64,000 nucleotides of DNA from Actinomycetes bacterium (GCA_021795215.1 JAJYPS010000002.1:2748-66747); one strand, 5' to 3'. Counted from the stretch's first letter, positions 1 to 9,911 are shown. Numbers and translations are program-made. Notes: generated by a model from the letters alone, not told the origin.

Positions 1-1302
1 GAGCTCGACGCGGCCGGCGTGGCGCTGCGCTCGGCGACCGAGCCGATCGACACCCACGGGCCGGTCGGGCGCATGCTGCTCCAGCTCCTCGGCATCTTCG
101 CGGAGTTCGAGCGCAGTCTTCTCATCGACCGGATCACCAAGGGCTTCGAGCGCAAGGCGGCACGCGGCGAGTGGCTCACCGGCCCCGGGCCCTTCGGCTA
201 CCGGCTCGACACCCCGACCAAGACCCTCGTCGCCGAGCCCGACGAGGCCGCACTCGTGAGAACCATCTTCGCCGCGTACGCAGACGAGCGCCTCGGCGCC
301 ACCGCGCTCGCCAACCGGCTGAACGACGCCGGCCAGCGCAACCGAGGCGGCCGGCTGTGGTCCAACCAGACCATCCTGCGAGTGGTCCGCAACCCGGTCT
401 ACATCGGCAAGATCACCCACGGCACCGAGATCTACGACGCCAAGCACGAACCGATCGTCGACGAGGCCCTCTTCGCCCGTGCACGAGCTCTCCTCGACGA
501 GCGCTCCGCGGAATCGACTGTCGTTGCGCCGAGCACCTCCGAGTACCTCCTGAGCGGGCTCGTCCGCTGCCAGATCTGCCACGGCGCGTATGTGGGCGCG
601 GGCGCGCACGGCCGCAACGGCTTCTACCGCTACTACGTCTGCCGCACCCGCCAAGCCAAAGGAGCGCGCGCCTGCTCGGGTCGGCGCGTCCCGGCCGACG
701 ACCTGGAGTCAGCCATCGGCTCCAGCCTGCTCGACACCTTCAGCAACTTCGAGATCTTCGAACAGGGCATCCACGAGGTCTACGCCGAGATCCCCAACGA
801 ACGGCCCCGCCTCGAAGCCGAGCACTCGAGCACCGAGACCCAGCTTCGCGAGACGGTCGCCGCCCTCGACCGCTACCTGCGCGCCTTCGAGGCTGGCACG
901 ATGCCCGCCGATCTCTGCGCACCCCGCGTCGCCGAACTTTCTGCTCGCCGAGACGAGCTCAGCGCGCATCGCGAGCAACTGGCCGCCCAACTGCGTGCCG
1001 CCGTCCCCGAGGTTCCGAGCCGCGAGCTCATCGGCGAGATCCGCGCCGAAATCGAGCGCGTGGTCAGCCACACCAGCGCCGACGTCGTGAAGCAGCTCTT
1101 CGGCGAGCTGATCGACCGCGTCGAGATCTCGCCCGACAACCACGCCTACCTCTACTTCCGGGTCCCGGACGCGAAGAGGCCCGAGCCGATTGGGACCCGG
1201 GCCTCTTGCAGGACCCCGGTTCGTATGGGGTCACATCATGTGGAGACGATGGGACTCGAACCCACGACCCCCTGCTTGCAAAGCAGGTGCTCTTCCAGCT
1301 GA
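1..1302 (+). CDS. large serine recombinase (N-terminus lies outside the window; ORF reads into tRNA-Ala)
   Basis: Frame 1 is open from base 1. It starts with the end of a resolvase catalytic domain (GRMLLQLLGIFAEFERSLLIDRI). A recombinase domain follows (GPFGYRLD, VRNPVYIGK), then a zinc-ribbon (CQICHGAY...YYVCRTR) and a long coiled-coil region. The last ~20 codons overlap the tRNA at 1241-1313 and are probably not native. Confidence 0.8.
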   Translation, partial: ELDAAGVALRSATEPIDTHGPVGRMLLQLLGIFAEFERSLLIDRITKGFERKAARGEWLTGPGPFGYRLDTPTKTLVAEPDEAALVRTIFAAYADERLGATALANRLNDAGQRNRGGRLWSNQTILRVVRNPVYIGKITHGTEIYDAKHEPIVDEALFARARALLDERSAESTVVAPSTSEYLLSGLVRCQICHGAYVGAGAHGRNGFYRYYVCRTRQAKGARACSGRRVPADDLESAIGSSLLDTFSNFEIFEQGIHEVYAEIPNERPRLEAEHSSTETQLRETVAALDRYLRAFEAGTMPADLCAPRVAELSARRDELSAHREQLAAQLRAAVPEVPSRELIGEIRAEIERVVSHTSADVVKQLFGELIDRVEISPDNHAYLYFRVPDAKRPEPIGTRASCRTPVRMGSHHVETMGLEPTTPCLQSRCSSS

Positions 1303-1313
1303 GCTACGTCCCC
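1241..1313 (-). tRNA. tRNA-Ala (anticodon TGC)
   Basis: The reverse complement is GGGGACGTAGCTCAGCTGGAAGAGCACCTGCTTTGCAAGCAGGGGGTCGTGGGTTCGAGTCCCATCGTCTCCA. It folds as a 73-nt cloverleaf with a G3:U70 identity pair, anticodon loop TTTGCAA and T-loop TTCGAGT. Confidence 0.9.
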
Positions 1314-1356
1314 GACGTTCGGCCGGAGCGATCTCCGGTACCTGACGGCATCGATC

Positions 1357-1788
1357 CTATCCCGAAAGCGGATGTCGACTTGTCCGGATCGCCGATGGCA
1401 CTCGAGCCTCTTGCCGGCACGCCGTTACCTGCGCCGCGGTGGTGGATCGGAAGAGGCACCTGTCGAACGAAGCGATGGAGCTTCGATGGTGGTAGACGAA
1501 GGAGGCAACGAGGGCCAAGTAGATGATTGCGACGCCGGAGCCAACTGCGCCGGTCAGCGTGCCGGCGAACGCCGCCCCGCCGTTCGTTGCCACACCCCTT
1601 CTGAATCGAGACCGGCCGATCAGGCCGAGCGCGACTGCGACCAGGCCCAGGAGCAATCCCAAGGGAGCAAGTGCGACAGCGGTGGGGATGCTGGCGATGC
1701 CGAGCACGAGGGCCGCCGAAGCAGCGCCCCCCTTGCTATCCGTGCGGGTCTCAACCGACTCTGGACTCGAGCCGCCCGTTGCGGACAC
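1357..1788 (-). CDS. small membrane protein (DUF4190-like, two hydrophobic segments)
   Basis: The ORF has hydrophobic stretches ALVLGIASIPTAVALAPLGLLLGLVAVALGLIG and GAVGSGVAIIYLALVASFV. I recognise no catalytic motif. Confidence 0.4.
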   Translation of the reverse strand: MSATGGSSPESVETRTDSKGGAASAALVLGIASIPTAVALAPLGLLLGLVAVALGLIGRSRFRRGVATNGGAAFAGTLTGAVGSGVAIIYLALVASFVYHHRSSIASFDRCLFRSTTAAQVTACRQEARVPSAIRTSRHPLSG

Positions 1789-1812
1789 CGCACCCCCTGT
1801 CCGAGTCGCTGT

Positions 1813-2874
1813 TCATCCGTCCGTGGTCGAACCCGGAAGGAACTCGGCGATCTTCACTCCTCGGACGGCCAGCTCCGACAGGAACACCTCGGGCCGCTGA
1901 ACCTTCATGCCAACTCCGCCTGACCAGGGTCCCCCCAGGCGACCGTCCACAGCCCAGCCGGCTGCCACCGCAGCCACGGTCCCTGCCGCGACCGCAGGGC
2001 GATCCACGGCGCCTGCCAGGACCACTTCGGACCCTCTCGCGGTGGTGCCCCGTACCTCCGCCGCGAACCCTCCCAGGTCCATCTCCGGCTTGCGCGACGA
2101 CAGCGAAGCGGGAAGCAGGGCGAGCACCACCTCTCCAGCAGGGAGATGGCGATGCAGTGCAACCGACGGCGACCCTTGCCCGAAATCTGCGAGGAGCAGT
2201 TCCTCCGCCCCCGACGCGCCCTCGCAGCGGAGCTGTCCGAGCGGTTCCGGAAACCACCGCAGGACCGCCGCCGGATCGGGCACCAACGATCTCAGCGTCG
2301 CCTTCAGGGACATCGCCGCCAGGGACGTCGCCGCCAGGGACGTTCCACCCTCCGTTCCCCCACCGTTCTGTGCAGGGCCACCACCGAAGGTGCGACCCAC
2401 CCGTTCCCTCCTGCAGGCCATCCCGCCACTGCCGGTGACGGCCAGGTCGATCGCCTCCAGCCGTTCGAACCGTCCAGCGACGTGCGCCACCACCAGTTCG
2501 CTGAGGCCGGGGGAGAAGCCGGCCCCCACCACCACGTGTCGACGTGCCGAGGCCGCCATCTCTCCAAGATCCAGGAGTCCGGCGGCGGCCTCTCGCGTCG
2601 TGCTCAGCGAGACGACATGGGACCCAGCTCGAAGGGCTCGCCGAGCCGTGGGCACCGGGTCCCCGGGGAAACACAGCACCACCACGTCGCAGCCTTCGAG
2701 CGCCTCGTCCACGGTGCCGCTCCCGGAGCTGCCCTCGCCCAGGCTTGCAGTGGCCTCCTGCACGCGGAGCGGGGAAGTGTCGTGGAGCTTCAGACGCTCG
2801 ATCGACGGCCACGACTGCAGTTGGCGGGCCACCCTCGCGCCCGTTGCGCCTAGGCCGATGACCGCTGCCCTCAA
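1813..2874 (-). CDS. saccharopine-dehydrogenase-like NAD(P)-binding oxidoreductase
   Basis: N-terminal Rossmann motif MRAAVIGLGATGARVARQL and a typical length of 353 aa. It contains a 15-bp in-frame tandem duplication (about 2310-2340, encoding ATSLAATSL). Confidence 0.5.
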   Translation of the reverse strand: MRAAVIGLGATGARVARQLQSWPSIERLKLHDTSPLRVQEATASLGEGSSGSGTVDEALEGCDVVVLCFPGDPVPTARRALRAGSHVVSLSTTREAAAGLLDLGEMAASARRHVVVGAGFSPGLSELVVAHVAGRFERLEAIDLAVTGSGGMACRRERVGRTFGGGPAQNGGGTEGGTSLAATSLAAMSLKATLRSLVPDPAAVLRWFPEPLGQLRCEGASGAEELLLADFGQGSPSVALHRHLPAGEVVLALLPASLSSRKPEMDLGGFAAEVRGTTARGSEVVLAGAVDRPAVAAGTVAAVAAGWAVDGRLGGPWSGGVGMKVQRPEVFLSELAVRGVKIAEFLPGSTTDG

Positions 2875-3117
2875 CTACGCACCGGTATCCCTGGGGCAGC
2901 CGTCGAACCGGACCTGCTCCCAGCGTCCGGGGGCCGGCTGCACCTTGCGGGCCCGGGCGCCGAACACCAGCGCGGCGGGAACCGACGCGACACCGAGCAG
3001 TAAGGTCATCCTGCCGGCCACGCCGAGCCGCCCGGTGGTACGGGTTGCGCCGGTACGCCGCAGGCTGACGGTGACCGAGCTCATCTGGCCGATCCTAATG
3101 GGGCAATCACCAGGCAT
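2875..3117 (-). CDS. small hypothetical membrane-anchored protein
   Basis: The ORF abuts the start of the downstream gene (stop at 2875, next start at 2874). It has an RR-containing N-terminus followed by the hydrophobic stretch MTLLLGVASVPAALVFGA. The start may be the internal Met at 3084. Confidence 0.3.
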   Translation of the reverse strand: MPGDCPIRIGQMSSVTVSLRRTGATRTTGRLGVAGRMTLLLGVASVPAALVFGARARKVQPAPGRWEQVRFDGCPRDTGA

Positions 3118-3253
3118 GTCCAGGAGCCAGCGATCGGTCGTTCGCAGTGCACAGTCGTGAGTCGCTGTCCGGGTCCGTCCCAGCTGCCTTGACGGCTCGA
3201 GAAAGAGGGAGGAGGCACTCGAGCCCCGCCTGCAGGCGGCCGATACTCAGTAT

Positions 3254-5395
3254 GTGGAACGGAAGCGGTCGAAGTCCTCGCGCGGCGATAGTGAGCGCCG
3301 CCGCCGGACGGGCAGGCCGAGTCGCAGGCTTATCGAGGTCCGCCGTTACCCGGTCGGCTCCCTGTCCCGGAACCTGTTCGGTTCGATCGGCATCCTGATG
3401 ATCACCGCTCTGTTGACCGGCGTAAGCGGGTTGACGGCGACGGTGATCGCCGCCATCTCCGCTCACGACGCCATATCGCAGATAGCACCACTGGACAAGG
3501 CCAATGCGGAGATGCAATTGGAGCAGTTGAACATCCAGGCGTCTGCACAGGGATACGTTCTCACCTCCAGTCCGTCACTTCTCTGGCAGTCGGAGGTCGC
3601 ACTCGCGCAATACGGCGCCGACTACCGACGAGCAAGCGCTCTTGCTGCCGGCGACCCGGCCATCGGACGGAACATCCAGGCTCAGAATGCGGTGGTCCAG
3701 CAGTGGATAGCCCGCTACGTCCAGCCCAACATCCAGGCCAAGAACCATCTCCGGGCCCTGACCCATGTTGCAGGCAGCGGCCGTCCTCTGATCCGGAAGT
3801 TCCAGGAGCTCAACCACTCCGCTGCGAACATGATCCGCAGAAAGCGTCTAGTTCCCCAGAAACGGCTGGTGGATGCCGTATGGGCGGCAGCGGTGCTGTC
3901 CTTGACGCTCACTTCGACGGGCACGCTCATGCTGCTCCGAAGGGGTAGAAAGTTGCACGAGAGGATAGCGCTGCCCCTAGAGCATCTGATCCAGGCCCTT
4001 CACCGGATCGAGGCGGGAGACCTCGCTGTCCGAGTGGAGGTGGGGGGACCGAGCGAGATCCGTGCCGTCGGGAACGCGGTCAACACGATGGCGGCCAGGG
4101 TCGCCCAGCTGGACGCCGAGCAGTCCGAGCAGCTGAAGACGGAACAGTTCCTGCGAAGGCTGGGAAGGAACCTTCGCGCGGAGGCCACCACCGGCGATGT
4201 TGCCCGCAGGGGTCTCGATTCGATTGGTCCGCTGCTGGCTGCGGACAGAGCTGGCGTGTACGTGCTCGGCGGGGAACTTCCCGAGATGTTGTCGAGCGAG
4301 TGGACACGCTCCGGGGAGCTCGCTCCTCTGGGGGCTGGGCTGGAAGTACTGCTGAGCGTGGTGGAGGAGGCCGGCATCGAGCTGTGGCTGGGAGAGCCGT
4401 TCCTCGTCGGAGACGTCGCCCGCAGCGCCGCTCTCGAGCAACCGGCGAGGCTGTCGCTCGGCTCCATCGGCATCACCTCGTTCGCGGCGGCTCCCGTGCC
4501 GGTCGGCGAGGACACTCTCGCCGTACTTTGGATCGCACTGGCCGGCGGCCTGCGGGACTGGTCGAAGCAGGACGTCAGGGCGCTGGGCGGCGCCGCCAGG
4601 GAGCTGGGAACCGCCCTGTCCACCGCCAGGCTGTACGAACAGGTGCATGCGATGATGTTGAAGCGGGCGGAACTGGACCGGACCCAGCGCGAGTTCGTGT
4701 CCACGGTCTCCCACGAGCTGCGCACACCACTGACCAGCATCGTCGGTTACCTGGATCTGCTCCGGGAAGACGTGGAGGAGCACCCCCTGGACGACGAGCA
4801 GCTCCGGATGCTCGACGTGGTGCAGCGCAACACCCAGCGTCTGCTGGGACTGATAGAGGACATCCTGCTGATCTCGAAGGTCGACTGCGGCACCGTGGCA
4901 CCCGTCGCCAAGTCCGTGTCGTTGGAGGGGGTGATCGCCAGCGTGATGGAAGCGATGAGGCCCCTGGCCGGCAGTCGCTCGCTGAGCCTGGTCGACTGCC
5001 TGTCGACCCCCCTGGACACCGTCACGGGCGACCCCCGCCAACTCGAGCGGGTCCTGTTGAACGTCGTCTCCAATGCGATCAAGTTCTCGCCTGCAGGCGG
5101 GACCGTGGAGATTGGAGCCGCCAACAGGGAAGGTCCCGAGGTGATGATCTGGGTGGCCGACAGCGGGATCGGCATACCGACCGACGAACAGGATCGGCTG
5201 TTCACCCGGTTCTTCCGGTCCACCAACACCCAGAGGGAGGAGATAGGGGGCACCGGGCTGGGTCTGGCCATAGTGAAGAACCTGGTCGAGATCCACGGTG
5301 GCCGCATCCAGGTGAAGTCGGAGGTGGGCCGCGGGACGCGGGTCGAGGTGATCCTGCCCGCTCAGAGCTCGAGCCCTTTGGGGATCTCGGCCTGA
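3254..5395 (+). CDS. sensor histidine kinase (CHASE3-like N-terminal region, HAMP, GAF, HisKA, HATPase_c)
   Basis: H-box FVSTVSHELRTPLTSIVGYLDLL, HAMP-like PLEHLIQALHRIEAGDLAVRVEV...AVNTMAARV, and ATPase boxes VVSNAIKFSP and GTGLGLAIVKNLVEIHGG. No response regulator is adjacent. The start codon is uncertain. Confidence 0.85.
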   Translation: MERKRSKSSRGDSERRRRTGRPSRRLIEVRRYPVGSLSRNLFGSIGILMITALLTGVSGLTATVIAAISAHDAISQIAPLDKANAEMQLEQLNIQASAQGYVLTSSPSLLWQSEVALAQYGADYRRASALAAGDPAIGRNIQAQNAVVQQWIARYVQPNIQAKNHLRALTHVAGSGRPLIRKFQELNHSAANMIRRKRLVPQKRLVDAVWAAAVLSLTLTSTGTLMLLRRGRKLHERIALPLEHLIQALHRIEAGDLAVRVEVGGPSEIRAVGNAVNTMAARVAQLDAEQSEQLKTEQFLRRLGRNLRAEATTGDVARRGLDSIGPLLAADRAGVYVLGGELPEMLSSEWTRSGELAPLGAGLEVLLSVVEEAGIELWLGEPFLVGDVARSAALEQPARLSLGSIGITSFAAAPVPVGEDTLAVLWIALAGGLRDWSKQDVRALGGAARELGTALSTARLYEQVHAMMLKRAELDRTQREFVSTVSHELRTPLTSIVGYLDLLREDVEEHPLDDEQLRMLDVVQRNTQRLLGLIEDILLISKVDCGTVAPVAKSVSLEGVIASVMEAMRPLAGSRSLSLVDCLSTPLDTVTGDPRQLERVLLNVVSNAIKFSPAGGTVEIGAANREGPEVMIWVADSGIGIPTDEQDRLFTRFFRSTNTQREEIGGTGLGLAIVKNLVEIHGGRIQVKSEVGRGTRVEVILPAQSSSPLGISA

Positions 5396-5449
5396 GCCCC
5401 GGCCTTTCGACGCCGTCCCACGTCGGCACATCGGCCGGTCGGGCCGCTC

Positions 5450-5980
5450 TCAGGCCCTACCGGCGGAGTGGCGGTACAGGTCCCTCAGCAGAGCGACTTC
5501 TGCTGCGTGGTGGATCACTTCTCTGTTCATGTGCACCAGCACTGCTGCCATGTCGTGCGGGGTTGTGGACGGAGCGTTGCTCTCAGCCTCCTCCACTCCG
5601 GAGCGCCACGCTTCGATTCCCGACCGCCACGCCTCGAAGCCCTCCTCGACGAAAGCGACGCCGTCGCCTGACGTCAGGGGTAGAAAAGTGGCGCCTTCAT
5701 CCATCGCCGGGTCCCCGAAGTGGAATCTGGCCCGCTGTGCCAGCGTCGTTCCCAAGTGGCACAGGCGCCAGGCGATGGTGGTCACGGGTGCCGGCTCCGG
5801 TTCTGGGAACTGCCAGTCGATCACGGTCCGGCCTCCGGCGTCCGGCCGCACTGTCCAACATCCCTCCACCGGCTCCCACAGGTACTCTTCGTCCTCCATG
5901 CTCGCCAGGCGAGGCCGGAACACCTTCGACCAGTACCAGTCCAGCTGACCGATCACCGCGTCGCGCCACTCGTTCGCCAC
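5450..5980 (-). CDS. DinB-family (DinB_2-like) protein
   Basis: The pattern EEYLWEP...CWTV...TIAWRLCHL...EVIHHAAEVALLRDLY is typical of DinB/mycothiol-transferase-like four-helix bundles. It contains the in-frame duplication EAWRSGIEAWRSG. Confidence 0.6.
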   Translation of the reverse strand: MANEWRDAVIGQLDWYWSKVFRPRLASMEDEEYLWEPVEGCWTVRPDAGGRTVIDWQFPEPEPAPVTTIAWRLCHLGTTLAQRARFHFGDPAMDEGATFLPLTSGDGVAFVEEGFEAWRSGIEAWRSGVEEAESNAPSTTPHDMAAVLVHMNREVIHHAAEVALLRDLYRHSAGRA

Positions 5981-6114
5981 CTACCTCGAACCTCCTGCTT
6001 GGGTTAACGTCGGGGAATGGACTCGAATAGGCTGTCCGGGCCTCCCGACGTCGGCTCCGCACGCCTCTGTTCGCATGGGTCGCAGGGTCTCGCCATCAGC
6101 CGTGCACCACTCCG

Positions 6115-6954
6115 GTGACCGATCCTGCACGATCCGATCCGGCACGATTCGATCCTCGCATGACGGGCGACATCTTGACGGCCCGTGGAGTGAGGAAGAA
6201 GTACAACACCGGCAGCGATGTCGTCACTGCGCTGGACGGCATCGACCTGTCCGTCCGATCGGGCGAGTTCCTTTCCGTCATGGGGCCTTCCGGTTCCGGC
6301 AAGACCACGCTCCTCAACTGCCTCTCCGGCTTGGACCAGATCGACGAGGGCCAGGTGGTCGTCGCGGGAGCGGACCTGAACCTCTTGAGCGATGCGAAAC
6401 GGACCCGTCACCGAGCGCAGCACATGGGGTTCATCTTCCAGGCGTTCAATCTGATCCCGGTGCTGTCGGCGGTGGAGAACGTGGAGCTGCCGCTGCTCCT
6501 GGCCGGGACGTCGCCGGGCGTGGCCAGAAAGGCAGCCGCCTCGACACTGGAACGGGTGGGGCTCGGTCACCGCTTGCAGCATCGCCCGAACGAGCTGTCG
6601 GGAGGTGAGCAGCAGCGGGTGGCCGTCGCTCGTGCGCTGGCCGGGAGACCCAGCATCGTGTGGGCGGACGAACCCACCGGCAACCTGGACACCGAGACTG
6701 CCGCAGGAGTGATGGACCTCCTCGGGGAGCTCCACTGCCAGGGCCTGACCGTGGTCCTGGTCACCCACGACCGGGCCCTCGCAGCGCTGACCCAGCGGTC
6801 GATCGTCGTTCGCGACGGCAGGATAGTGTCGGACGCTGCCTCCGGTGTCCATCCGGCGCCGGGTTCCTCCCCGGGTGTCGTCCGGGCGCAACGGCTGCCC
6901 GACGATACCGCCGGGGCGCCGGACACCGCCGGGACGCTGGAGGCGGGACAGTGA
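6115..6954 (+). CDS. ABC transporter ATP-binding protein (MacB/LolD-like)
   Basis: Walker A GPSGSGKTTLLNCL, signature LSGGEQQRVAVARAL, Walker B IVWADEPTGNLD. The true start is possibly the Met at about 6160 (MTGDILTARGVRKKY). Confidence 0.9.
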   Translation: MTDPARSDPARFDPRMTGDILTARGVRKKYNTGSDVVTALDGIDLSVRSGEFLSVMGPSGSGKTTLLNCLSGLDQIDEGQVVVAGADLNLLSDAKRTRHRAQHMGFIFQAFNLIPVLSAVENVELPLLLAGTSPGVARKAAASTLERVGLGHRLQHRPNELSGGEQQRVAVARALAGRPSIVWADEPTGNLDTETAAGVMDLLGELHCQGLTVVLVTHDRALAALTQRSIVVRDGRIVSDAASGVHPAPGSSPGVVRAQRLPDDTAGAPDTAGTLEAGQ

Positions 6955-9866
6955 TCGCCCTGATCGTGGTGGCGGTGCTGTCACTGCCTTTCCTGGTGGT
7001 TCTGGCCACCAGACCCCTCCTGCGGACGCTGGCAGTTCGCAACGCGGTCCGCCGGCCCAGGGAGACGTTGCTGGTGCTGATCGGCTCCATGCTCGGAACC
7101 GCCATCATCACGAGCTCGTTCGTCGTAGGCGACACCCTGAACGCCTCCATACGGCAGATCGCCTTCACCCAGATGGGACCGATCGACGAGTTGGTCGCAG
7201 CCCCGAACCGCTCGGTTCAGTCGAGGGCCGAGACGGCGATCGCACGGCTGCATGGACGGGACGTGGCGGGAGCGGCGCCGCTGACGGTGTCGACAGTCGC
7301 CGTCGCGACCCTGCCCTCTTCTGCCCGGTCCGCTCCTTCGACGTCGGGCCGCCCGAGCGTGGCGCCCGCCGCCACACTGGTGGAGACGTCGTTTGGCTCC
7401 ATGTCCCACCTGGGAGGTTACGGATCGTCGGTGACGGGCCTTCCCGCCCGCACACCGCTGCACGGTCAGGTGTTCGTCGATCGCTACGTGGCAAGGAAAC
7501 TGGAGCTGGCGGTCGGCGATCGAGTGCGGGTCTACGCCTACGGGTCGTCCCGCACGCTGGCGGTGGGGCGGATCCTGCCCGACGTCGGCGTGGCCGGTTT
7601 CCACACGGGTTCTCGACCCGGCACGCTGTTCGTCGCTCCCGGCACCCTGGGCTCCATGAGGGAGGCGTCCGGAGCTGCAGCTTCTCGTGCGGCGGTCGCG
7701 CCCCAGCGGATGGTGGCCATCTCCAACGGCGGCGGGGTCATCGGAGGCGCGGCTCGCACCGCCAACGCGGACAGGGCGCTGCACCGGGTACTGGCTGGGC
7801 TTCCGGTACAGGTGATGAACGTGAAGTCCGATCTGCTGTCAGCTGCCCGCACGGCGGGAAAGCAGTTCACCCAGCTGTTCGGCGGCATAGGGTTCTTCAG
7901 CGTGCTGGCGGGAGTCCTCCTGCTGGTCAACATCTTCGTCATGCTGGCCGAGGAGCGCCGGGGCGAACTGGGGATGCTCCGGGCGATGGGAATGACCCGC
8001 AGGGGTCTTGTCGCCGCCTTCTCACTGGAGGGATGGCTGTACTCTCTCGGTTCCGCCGTCCTGGGGGCCATAGCGGGGCTCGGAGTGGGATGGCTGGTGG
8101 TGCAGGCCGCTGCCAGCTTGTTCGCGAGCCCCGGATCGGGCATCCAGGCTCTCGCCTACTCGGTGAAAGGGTCCAGTCTGGCGACCGGGTTCGGGACCGG
8201 TTGCGCTATCTCCCTCGCCACCGTCACGCTGACTTCGATCGGCATCGCCCGGCTGAACGTGATCCGGGCCATACGGGACCTTCCCGAGCCGCCTCACCAG
8301 CGTCGAAAGTTGACTGCCGCGCTCGGCGTGCTGGCTCTCCTGGGAGGAGCCGCGAGCGGCATGAGCGGTGTGCGGAGCGAGCAGGGGATGGCGCTTCTCG
8401 TCGGTCCTGGCGTGGCGCTCGGCGGTATGGCCCTGGTCGCCCGGGTCGTCCTGCGCCGCAGTGGTAAGGCGGTGAGACTGGCCTCTTCGCTCGCGGCCGG
8501 AGCCGTGCTGGCATGGGCGGTGACGTCCTTCTCCCTGTTCCCGAAAGCGTTCGCAGGAGCGTCGGTTCCTGTGTTCGTCGCCCAGGGCGTGGAGCTTACG
8601 GCGGCCGGAGTCGCCCTGGTGAGCGTCAACCAGGGCCTGGTCGGCTCCGCTCTCTCGCTCCTGGGCGGCGGCGGGAGGAACCTCGCGCTGCGGATCGGAC
8701 TCGCCTATCCACTGGCGAGGCGCTTCCGCACGGCCATGACCCTGTCCATGTACTCCCTCGTGATGTTCATGCTGGTGTTCGTAACGGTGTTCAGCCATGT
8801 GTTCGCCGGACAGGTGGTCAACTTCACTCACGAAGTGGGCGGAGGCTTCAGCGTCCAGGTGACGTCCAATCCCGCGGATCCGGTGCCGGCCGGCTCGGTG
8901 GCTCGCATCAAGGGAGTCACCGACGTGGCGGCGCTCTCGTCGACCAACCAGTCCTTCTGGCAGGCCAGTTTCTCTCCGGGTGGTTACCAGCCCTGGCCGG
9001 CGACCACTTTCGGACCCGCGTTCGTGCGGGGAGGCCCTCCTGCGCTTGCGAAGCGAGCGGCCGCCTATCCAACCGACGCCGCCGCCTACCGCGCCGTTCT
9101 GGACAACCCGTCGCTCGCCATCGTCAGCAACTTCTTCCTCAACCGTGGAGGGCGGCCCGGCGCCCTACCGCCCCAACCGGGTGACGTGGTGATGCTGAAG
9201 AACCCGATGACCGGAGCGGTCGCGCGGCTGCACCTGGCCGCGGTCGCCCACGCCGGTTTCGGGAACGCCCTGGCCCTCGTGTCGCCCAGCACGATGTCCA
9301 GGCTGTTCGGCACGTCTGCCAGCCCGGACACGCTCGAAGTCGCCACCTCCCCCTCTGTGTCGGCAAGTGCCGTAGCCGCGAAGGTCAACGGTTCCAGCAT
9401 CGCCCACGGTGCCGATGCGCGTACCTTCGCCTCCGTGGTCAGGCAGAACCTCGCCCAGCAGGAGCAGTTCTTCCGGCTCATGGAGGGCTACCTCGCCCTG
9501 GGCCTGCTGGTGGGCATCGCGGGCCTGGGGGTGGTCATGGTGAGGGCGGTCCGGGAGAGGCGCCGCGAGATCGGGGTGCTGCGCTCGATCGGTTTCCCGT
9601 CGAACGCCGTCCGCAGGGCTTTCCTGGTCGAGTCCAGTTTCGTCGCCACGGAGGGGATCGTCATCGGAGCGGTGCTCGCGCTCGTCACGGCGTGGCGGCT
9701 CGCCACCAGCCACGTTTTCGGATCAGGCCTGCCCTTCACGGTGCCCTGGGTCGAAGTGGCGGCACTCGTGCTCGCCACTCTTTTCGCCTCGCTCGTTGCC
9801 ACGACCGTGCCTGCCCAGCAGGCTTCGGGCATCCGGCCGGCCCTGGCGCTCCGGACCGCAGACTAG
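6951..9866 (+). CDS. ABC transporter permease, double FtsX-domain type
   Basis: The GTG at 6951 overlaps the stop of the ATPase gene (GTGA). The N-terminal TM is followed by RPRETLLVLIGSMLGTAIITSSF. There are two FtsX-like blocks (RRGELGMLRAMGMTRRGL and RRREIGVLRSIGFPSNAV), each followed by TM helices. The upstream part of track ORF 6660.. is in-frame read-through. Confidence 0.85.
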   Translation: MIALIVVAVLSLPFLVVLATRPLLRTLAVRNAVRRPRETLLVLIGSMLGTAIITSSFVVGDTLNASIRQIAFTQMGPIDELVAAPNRSVQSRAETAIARLHGRDVAGAAPLTVSTVAVATLPSSARSAPSTSGRPSVAPAATLVETSFGSMSHLGGYGSSVTGLPARTPLHGQVFVDRYVARKLELAVGDRVRVYAYGSSRTLAVGRILPDVGVAGFHTGSRPGTLFVAPGTLGSMREASGAAASRAAVAPQRMVAISNGGGVIGGAARTANADRALHRVLAGLPVQVMNVKSDLLSAARTAGKQFTQLFGGIGFFSVLAGVLLLVNIFVMLAEERRGELGMLRAMGMTRRGLVAAFSLEGWLYSLGSAVLGAIAGLGVGWLVVQAAASLFASPGSGIQALAYSVKGSSLATGFGTGCAISLATVTLTSIGIARLNVIRAIRDLPEPPHQRRKLTAALGVLALLGGAASGMSGVRSEQGMALLVGPGVALGGMALVARVVLRRSGKAVRLASSLAAGAVLAWAVTSFSLFPKAFAGASVPVFVAQGVELTAAGVALVSVNQGLVGSALSLLGGGGRNLALRIGLAYPLARRFRTAMTLSMYSLVMFMLVFVTVFSHVFAGQVVNFTHEVGGGFSVQVTSNPADPVPAGSVARIKGVTDVAALSSTNQSFWQASFSPGGYQPWPATTFGPAFVRGGPPALAKRAAAYPTDAAAYRAVLDNPSLAIVSNFFLNRGGRPGALPPQPGDVVMLKNPMTGAVARLHLAAVAHAGFGNALALVSPSTMSRLFGTSASPDTLEVATSPSVSASAVAAKVNGSSIAHGADARTFASVVRQNLAQQEQFFRLMEGYLALGLLVGIAGLGVVMVRAVRERRREIGVLRSIGFPSNAVRRAFLVESSFVATEGIVIGAVLALVTAWRLATSHVFGSGLPFTVPWVEVAALVLATLFASLVATTVPAQQASGIRPALALRTAD

Positions 9867-9911
9867 GCCCATCCCGTCAGTGACGTCGACGACGTTCGGA
9901 CATCCCCGACG

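Noticed and set aside
1205-1240. A hairpin with a GGTTCG-containing loop (GACCCCGGTTCGTATGGGGTC) just before tRNA-Ala. I considered it a duplicated tRNA T-arm marking an att site.
   Set aside because: It is on the opposite strand from the tRNA and does not match the tRNA-Ala T-arm sequence. It may be only a stem-loop within the recombinase 3' region.
3254-5395. The orphan histidine kinase (no adjacent response regulator), considered as a novel signalling arrangement.
   Set aside because: Orphan kinases are common, and the domain set (CHASE3-like/HAMP/GAF/HisKA/HATPase) is ordinary.
6115-6165. The direct repeat GCACGATCCGATCC / GCACGATTCGATCC, encoding DPARSDPARFDP at the annotated N-terminus of the ABC ATPase.
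   Set aside because: It is ambiguous. It may be untranslated leader if the true start is the Met near 6160. It is too short and imperfect to call as a regulatory element.
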